A stretch of DNA of 64,000 nucleotides from the human T2T-CHM13v2.0 reference genome, Homo sapiens: assembly GCF_009914755.1 (NCBI RefSeq), contig NC_060945.1. One strand, 5' to 3'. The notes below the pieces were generated by a model. That model ran no database searches. It was given only the letters and a program-made list of their open reading frames with translations, and was not told where the DNA came from. Positions 55,417-64,000 of the stretch are shown here, piece by piece. Made by a program: the position numbers and the translations under genes. How positions within the stretch are numbered: position 1 is the first letter of the stretch; each line of letters begins with the position of its first letter.

Positions 55417-57934
55417 TTAGCTTTGACTATCAAGACTAGAAAGCAAGGATAGGAAGGACAAGAGATTCCTGGATTTCAATGCAAGATTTTAATATCTTTT
55501 TTTTTTAAGTATACATTGATTACTTTTGTAAAGTTTATAAAACATTATAAATAACGTAATTCAAAAGGAAAAAAATACTCTCTGCCTTGAAAAACAAGTA
55601 CATCCCAAATGGAATGAGGATCCTGGAACTATGGGGAAGTACAAAGCACTCCAGAGAGTCTTGAACTTCGGCCATGTGATGGCACAGAAGGAATGGATAT
55701 TTTCCCCTTGACTTCAAGTTTATTCTTTCTCCTTCCACAATGGTCTAGCATAAAGTAAATCCTCTCTGTGTTTTTATTTAAGTGTATATGCTAAAATAAA
55801 TTTTGTGGAAAAAAGACAAATATCTTTTACATAGTCTAGTGATAAACTGACAAAAAGAAAATTTTTAAATACTTGGGTGATAAATTATATCAGATGATTC
55901 CTAATGAATAATGGGCACTGATACAAACAATTCCTAATGTATAATGAGGCTGATTGTTTTCCTTCCTTTGGTTTCTATAATTAGGTTTAAAATATCCCTG
56001 CAAGGTGAAGGGAATTATACTTTTAATTTTTTAATATAATATTGAGCATATTCAATTAAGGGTGTCAACATAGCAGAGTTGATTCTATGCCTGCTATTTG
56101 GAGACTCGCTATCATGGACTTTGAAGAACATTATGTTTTACTTTAAGAAGAAGATTTGTGTTACTAAATACATGGAGACACGAGGGAGAAGTTGAAGATT
56201 GGGTTAAAGAATGTAAATGTTCACTCTGAATTTACCTACTGCTAAAGACCCAAGTTAAGTAAGTGTATTTTCATGTATTAAATACACTTTTTATTTAATG
56301 TATTAAAGTACACTTAGTACATTTAGCTTAAATAAGACAAAATTTGCCTATATGTATTATGACTTCATTTTGAAACAACTTTCTGATGTAGTATTGTTCC
56401 AAATATTCTAAGGAGAAGGAATGGTTCATCTTGAACCACTTTATCCCTGTAGCTCTAAGTTAGAGCAAGCAACACATCTTAGTGATCAAAATTTATTTCT
56501 TGATTTAGTGATACTATGCCTTCTCTTCTATATTTGCTTTATAAAGGCTCACATACTTGTGGTCACTGTATTTCTGCCCTGAGACTTCTATTTCTTATAA
56601 CAAATACTTCTGAATTCATTATATTTCTTAAAGTTTATCCTTACCAACACATATTGTTTTCTCTTCAGCTTTTTGAAGTCAATTCAAGCAAATCAATGTA
56701 AATAGACTGCAAAATTTGCCATCTTCTTTGAAAATGGCCTAGCCAATTGTGACAAAAATTTTAAGTTGACATTCTTATTTTCCATTGGAATATTTCTATT
56801 TTTATTGTAGTATAAGAAAAACCAAACATATGTGTGATATTAATGTATTACATTTGAGACTAAAAGCCTATTATTTCACTTTGTTTCTGCCTACAAAATA
56901 GATGACAGTAGAAGTTCATTTTCAGGATTCTAAATATTAGAAGTATTCAAATATTAAATTTTTTGAAATTATTTTTAAAATGATTACCTATGAAAAAGTG
57001 TTGGCTGTATAATAACTGAGGAATCAATTGTAAAAATGAAGAACCAAAATGTTTGCACTAGAGAGCCAAAAGGATAGATGAAGAACAAGGTGGTAGAAAA
57101 AAGATTGCATTTTATGTCATTTCAATTTGTGCACCATATGATGTACTACGTATTTAAAATAAACTGAAAGGCTTATGATGGTGGTATTAGCCACTCTCAA
57201 AAAAGCTAAAAATGAATGGTAGGTGTTCGCTCGGTGGCCCAATCTGTGTGACCCAGACAAGGTGTTGTCTTTTTAATGATGATTGAGAGTGTTATAAAAA
57301 TTGCATAGATTTTATGAAAGATAATTTGTTACAAAACTGGAGATACTCCAGATGTACAAGATGAAAGAAGTATTTGAAAAGGAAAGACGTAACAAGAGGA
57401 AGCAGATGACACTGATGGATGTTTTTTAAAATGCGCTCGTAACATCCGCTCCTTTGGTTTCACACATGCTGTTAGAACTATTCCTGATGAACTGTTTTCC
57501 TACAACACTATCTATAGATCAATAAGGATTCTCTGGGAAATAAAGTTTCTTGCTTTTTTTTGTTATTAAGCAAAATGCCTGTTGCCACTTTTAAGGGGAA
57601 AAAACCAATATTGCAAATTTATTTTCAAAATGGAATATTTGCAATGCAATTATTTTTCCACTTTTATTAAATATTTAGAATTTATTTCTCTCTACTTTTA
57701 AAGAAAGTATTTTAATGTATGTAAAATACAGATATTTAATATATTTTTCTCCTGACTTACATGATATGTTTATGGACAACACAAAGTTGTTTGGAACAAA
57801 TATTATCCATAAATTATTGACTGCTTATCATAAATCCATATTATGCAGATATATTAAAAACCACAATACCATCTTTATTTTTTATTAGTGTGTTTTTTAG
57901 AATCCACGCTATCAAATCATAGAAACATTGCTAA

Positions 57935-58285
<351 letters not shown>

Positions 58286-58374
58286 TAAAGTAATATTTTA
58301 ATACAATGTAGCATCCTTCCCAAATATACTACAGTCTAATTTAAATTTATATTGAACATTAGGAAATATAAAGT

Positions 58375-58510
58375 TTGAAATTACTCATTTTTCAAATGAA
58401 GAAATTAAATGGATAAAAGTCTAATGATTTTATCAACACCACAGGACTAGCTAGTAGACTGAACACAGGAATGGAAGTTGCTGTCTTTTAGCCCAGTGTT
58501 CTTGCTTCTA
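58375..58510 (-). mobile_element. MIR fragment
   Basis: 'tactcatttttcaaatgaagaaatt...cacaggactagctagtag'. Confidence 0.55.
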
Positions 58511-60532
58511 ACTCATAAACTCAATTTGCTTTTTGGAAGACTCTTCTAATGGTTATGAAAATTTGGAAATGAATTTGACTATATCCAGCTGATCTTAAGG
58601 CATCATCATGTGTTTTGACATTGGATTGGATTTAGTTTTGAGACACTGTTCTTAATTCAAGAATGTTCACTACTATTGGATATAGGACTGATTTCTGGGC
58701 ATTCCAAGATTGGAATCAAAGGATAAAGAAGTGTGAGAAAAAAAGCAATAGGGAAGTATTTTGGAAAACATTTCTAGAGCAAAACAAAACACAATAAAGA
58801 ATTGAAAAACTCAAGAAAGAAGATGAGCTGGAATACAAAGGCAAATGGTAAGCAAAGAAACAAATACAACTTATATTTAGTATCAACTAAATGTTGATGT
58901 GAAACACAGACTGAGTAAACTGAAACTAAATTGCCAGATGATCTCAACATGTGTATTGGTATGAGTGACATGAAACAGGAGGCAATGAAAGCATGATAAC
59001 ATTTTTGTCTCATTTGGGGAGTGGTTATAGATGGTGTTAAACTTTAGATATTGATATAAAACTATACTGGGATTAAATACTTGTACTCACAAAAGAAATC
59101 GGAAGAATCGAGATAGGATATATAATTTCCAAACTGCCAGATAAAAACAACAAAAAAGTGAGTCAAATGAAATACAAATAAAAGGATGAAATGTGATAGA
59201 TGAGGTAACTGTTAATAAAACCACTGTGGATTGAGAAATTTTAATGTTATATATTTAATGTCTAAATATGAAAATGAAAGATTTTTTGTAATAAAAAAGT
59301 TACAGTGACAAAAACACTAGAATAAATTAAAAATTCACAATTGTTAACTAAAGATTTTAAAATGTTTTTCCCAAATCAATAGAACAGTTTTCCCAGTCAT
59401 TTCATGTCATACAGTAGCTTTACATGAGATAAATTTTATTTTACATATATGTATTTATTTGTATGAATTAATTAAGTATTTTGTACCCAATATTTTTAAC
59501 AAAGTAGACTGGACCTATGTATAATACCTTAAATTATCCTTACCCTTCATTCACATTTAAATCCATTCCATACGGTACCATACTGGAGTAAAGAACTCTA
59601 AATGTGTTGCACTGTTTGCTATTGTCTCCAACAATGAATTGGGGGGAAGGAGTGGGTGGGCAGGAACAAACCCTACTTCAGAAATTTTCAAATTATAATG
59701 AAAAATGTTTCATTCTTGCTCAGGATGTACATAGCATTCATGCGAATCTGGAAACTAACCAGTTTCTTTACAAGGAAGGTTTTCTAAATATGTAACAAGA
59801 GCTACAACTGCCAGATAATTCTAAATGAGAAGTTAACAGTTTTCTTCCAGCTCTAAAAATACTAAGAAATCCTTCAGTGTTTCTGTTCTAATTTTCCTCA
59901 TGCTAATTAGATGAGATTGTCATTTTAGAAACCACCCTACTATGTTCTTTTTCTCCTTTAATTAGCACATTAGATCATTATCTGTGCTTTAATGACCCAA
60001 AAGGGTGACAATTACAGCTGTTACATTCAAGCCTCACTGGAATGCCCTACTTGGGGCTCATGCCACAGGCCCACTGGAGACAAAGTCAGCATTTATGAGT
60101 CATAGCGTCCCTGTAGGATATTAAACTGCTTTTCAGCTGTGTCCCACATGTATCTTGTTCTCTGTCAGGAAAAACTCAGAATCCAGAAAAACTTCCACAA
60201 AACAAATGTCATCTACATTGTAAGACTCATCTGACTGGATCATACAAATTCTTGTCCTGAAGAAATAGCTTTCTGTAAGATGGAGAGTTGTCATGATAAA
60301 ATTCCCATTAACATGGATCACATCCTTGCACTAATCAGTGTACTCTTAGATTTAAAACACTCGTAAACTGATAGATGTAATGTCCCCAAAATATTTGTTC
60401 CTATTTATATGACTTTTCTGTTGCATTATTTTTTGAGTAAATAGTTGTTATGAGTAATTTCTTTCATAATAAGAACTTTTGAGTTAATACACTGAACTTA
60501 TCCCAATGCAGCTAAGAAAGAAACAAATCATT

Positions 60533-60809
60533 TGTATTAGCCCATTCTCACGATGTTAACATGGTGGAAGGCAAAGGAGGAGCAAGGGCATGTCTTACAT
60601 GGCAGCAGGCAAGAGGTCATATGCAGGGAGCTCCCCTTTATAAAACCACCAGATCTCATGAGACATATTCACTATCATGAGAACAGCACAGGGAAAACCC
60701 GCCCCTATGATTCAATTACTTCCCACTGGGACCCTCCCATGACAAGTGAGGGTTATGGGAACTACAATTCAATCTGAGATTTGAGTGGGGACACAGCCAA
60801 ACCATATCA
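60533..60809 (-). mobile_element. THE1B-like solo LTR with internal deletion
   Basis: 'tgtattagcccattctcac' ... 'gggacacagccaaaccatatca'; 277 bp; TSD TCATT/TAATT. Confidence 0.9.
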
Positions 60810-60980
60810 TAATTCCTGGTGAAAAATCTAAAATATGTGTTTCCATTAGTTTTGAAACAATGGAACTGTAATGTAAATTGATAATCTTAGAGTCAATTAT
60901 TTTTTCCTGAATGTATAATTTGGGAATCTTAATAACAACAAAAAAAAATAGATTACTCAGTTACAAAAGTACAACAAATA

Positions 60981-61255
<275 letters not shown>

Positions 61256-61263
61256 TTACAAAA

Positions 61264-61349
61264 GTACAACAAATCCCCATGACACAACTTTACCTATGAA
61301 ACAAACCTGTACTTGTACCCTGGACCTAAAATGAAAGTTTAAAAAAAAA
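61264..61349 (+). mobile_element. ~85-bp extreme 3' end of an L1PA (PA8-13 type) with A tail
   Basis: 'gtacaacaaatccccatgacacaactttacctatgaaacaaacctgtacttgtacccctggacctaaaatgaaagttt' parallels 9702-9780 in this window. Confidence 0.88.
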
Positions 61350-62449
61350 GTACACAAACACTCATGGACATATATTTAATTTAAAATAATTTCACATACC
61401 CCCACACAATGAAACCTGTTTTAATATTAAGATTATTAAGGATCTAGCTTCTCAAAAGTCTTATAATCTTTAAATTGTAAACGTCTGAATCTTGGAGGCC
61501 TAGCAGATGGGCGAGGAGAGAACAATACACAAAGCCAAAAAAAAAAAAATGCCTGGAATGTGATTGATCTTTGGAATTTGTGCAAACACATAGGGTGGTG
61601 CCTACTGAGGAGGCTGCAGAAAGGGAGTATAATAAAAAATCATATTTTTCTGCTTTAAATCAATAAAATTAATTTTATAACAATGTGAAATAATTGTGGA
61701 TCCAGCTGACAGTTTGCTCAAGGGTAGTTCACTTTAAATACTCAGATACTTCCCTGGCCCTTATCATCTTAACTGGTCACTCGCCCAGAATGGGCTGTGT
61801 TTGTAAGTCATGAGATGCTTCTTCCATGACTTTAGTGGCCTCTAAACTCATGTGAAATTTATACGTTTAAGTCTGGTCCAAAATGAATCACATCTGTTTT
61901 TTTGGAAACTGTGGCCAACTTAAAACTTTCAAAAGAAAATGAGAACTAAAAACGCTTCCTCTGTCTTAACAGAGCAGAAAGAAAGGATGTGAAAGAATAT
62001 ACAACCTTGACATTATGGATATTACTTTATCCCCTTATATTTGCAGTTTTTATATAAGAAAAAAGTTCTAAAACTAACATTTGGATACATGTCACTGAGT
62101 GGTAGAGTTGTTTCAATCATAACTGAAATAGAGAACCATTCGTTCCTTTTTATAACAAAGACGAATTCTTCATTCTGTGAATGAGAATTAACAACCAAGG
62201 TTTTCAGGGGCTTAATGTTACAGAAGCTGTCATTAATTATAATGCTTATTATAAAAACGGAATTGTAATAAATCAGGCTGCAGTCAACCACCTTTGAACA
62301 GCTAGAATACTTACATACTCGTAGTGTTTTGCTTTTTTTCTTCTCTTTATTCCATGTAATTACTTAGATCATCCTTTTTATTTCCTGATTCTTTCTTGCT
62401 TATGGTATTTTTTTGCATAGGGAATGACAAATGAAGAAAATATTGTAGT

Positions 62450-62640
62450 ATTATATGAGTTTTGGTAGGGCAGTCTGGGTTAACAAATGTACTCCATAAC
62501 ATATAATAGACCAAAAACAATAGACATGTATTGCTCCTACCCTTAATAGTTCAAGCAAGGGTCTACTTTTCAAATGGCAGCTCTCATCTTGTGATCATTC
62601 AAGAACCCACACTCCTTCATCTGTGACTACCAATCCAGAG
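62450..62640 (-). mobile_element. Possible old MLT1 (J/K-type) LTR fragment
   Basis: 'taacaaatgtactcca...aaacaatagacatgtatt...tcattcaagaaccca'. Confidence 0.35.
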
Positions 62641-62689
62641 GCAAGGTTCTTCATATTTTTGTTTCTGTGCCATGGACTCATCTTTCACT

Positions 62690-63458
62690 CTGGTAAAGCC
62701 TAAAGAAACTTTCTAAGTACAATGCTTTAAAATACATACAATAATAATAGGGCTTAAAGGAAAACAATTATATTGACATACGTTTATCAAAACATGTATA
62801 TGAAATGAATTTGTGATACAGCAATATATGTCCTTTTTTTTTTTTTTTTTTTTTTCCAGAGGCAAGGTCTTGCTCTGTTGCCCAGGCTGGAGTGGAGATC
62901 ATGGCTCACTACAGCCCCAACTTCCTAGGCTCAACTGATTCTCCTACCTCAGCCTCTCGAGTAGCTGGGACTATAGGCATGGGCCACCTTGCCTGGCTAA
63001 GTTTTTCTTATTTTTGGAGAGATGGGATCTCACTATATTGCCCAGATTGGTCTTGAACTCGTGGCCTCAATTGATCTTCCTTTCTCAACTTCCAAAAGTG
63101 CTAGGATTACAGGTGTGACCCACTGTGCCCAGCCCTATGTGTGTTTTTAAATTAGTATTAGATAACCAGATCTTGCAACACAGTGCTAATAACCACCATA
63201 ATTTTGAAGTAGTGATGAAGGCAAACAGTATTTTGAGATATCTGCAGCAGAAGAGCTGATACAAAAATATCTATGATTTTAACTGGGAGCCAAGTCACAG
63301 GTACTACTATGCCACTGGGATTTGTTGGCTGCCATCATAAGAGAAAGAAATTATAAATTTCAGTTAGATCCAGTTAAAATAGAGATGTAATTTGTTCCCA
63401 TCCAAGTTCATGAACTCCCTGAATTCTATCCACAAATCCCCGAAGGCTAAGAATCTCA
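62690..63458 (-). mobile_element. hAT-Charlie (Charlie2-like) DNA transposon, split by AluJ
   Basis: 'ccataattttgaagtagtgatga...gagatatctgcagca...aagtcacaggtactact...aaatttcagttaga...cccatccaagttcatgaactccctgaattctatcca'. Confidence 0.7.
62834..63134 (-). mobile_element. AluJo/Jr
   Basis: Poly-T, then 'gcaaggtcttgctctgttgcccaggctgg...gatcatggctcactacagcc...ctcactatattgcccag'; diverged. Confidence 0.92.
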
Positions 63459-63701
63459 GCCCTTGTCTGCCAAAGCCAGCAGGAGGGAAAAGTGAGCATG
63501 GAAGAGCATTTAGTTCTAGTACTTGGTGCTGATATTAACTACAAGTATAATGGAATCAAATAATATCCACAACGTCAATATCGTATATCCTTCCCCTGTT
63601 ATGAACTTTGTCCCCAAAATGGCACATATAACTTCCTATTGACCATAATTCAGACATATAGGGAAGTAGGAAGGGAGGGAACAGATTCTATGAAAAATAT
63701 A

Positions 63702-64000
63702 TTTTCTTTATTTTTATTTTACTTTAATTTCTGGGATACATGTGCAGAACATGAAGGTTTGTTATATAAGTATACATGTGCCATGGTGGTTTGCTGCACC
63801 TATGAACCTGTCATCTAGGTTTTAAGCCCTGCATGCATTAGGTATTTGTCCTAATGCTCTCGCTCCCCTTGTCCCCCATCTCCTCACAGGCCCTGGTGTG
63901 TGATGTTCCCCTCCCTGTGTCCATGTGTTTTCATTGGTCAACTCCCACTTATGAGTGGGAATATGCAGTGTTTGGGTTTCTGTTCTTGTGTTAGTTTGTG
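63702..64000 (-). mobile_element. L1PA8-type 3' end, runs off the window
   Basis: 'ctgggatacatgtgcagaac...gtcatctaggttttaagccctgcatgcattaggtatttgtcctaatgctct'. Confidence 0.93.

Noticed and set aside
57610-57645. 9-bp inverted repeat attgcaaat/atttgcaat
   Set aside because: Short and AT-rich; expected by chance at this composition.
60133-60321. 62-aa minus-strand ORF with a plausible acceptor (ctatttcttcag)
   Set aside because: No recognisable homology, no in-frame donor before the stop and no partner exons.

Overview
Primate (human or ape-like) genomic DNA, visibly AT-rich and CpG-poor, typical of a gene desert or the interior of a very large intron. I see no protein-coding exon series, RNA gene or CpG island. 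Almost every recognisable feature is an interspersed repeat: 11 Alus (J, S and Y classes), about 8 primate L1PA/L1PB 3' ends, long degraded L1M/L2/MIR tracts, hAT DNA transposons (MER20 x2, MER58A, MER5A x2, MER3, a Charlie2-like element), several MaLR solo LTRs and one complete THE1D-like provirus at 45471-47821. That provirus carries the longest ORF in the window (180 aa). The other ORF-track entries are Alu, L1 or MaLR translations, or chance ORFs. I found no evidence of a new multi-gene system. The most interesting signals are small-scale: a 36-bp target-site duplication around a 5'-truncated Alu nested with a tiny L1 end (60944-61358), a pre-miRNA-sized hairpin created inside an old L1 (10759-10820) plus other apparent template-switch scars, a possible CpG-retaining fossil pogo/Tigger transposase C-terminus (~57000-57450), an AluS/AluY mosaic, closely spaced inverted Alus, and a THE1B LTR that has lost its poly(A) signal. 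Subfamily names come from my recall of consensus diagnostics, not from a RepeatMasker run, and boundaries of old elements are approximate.
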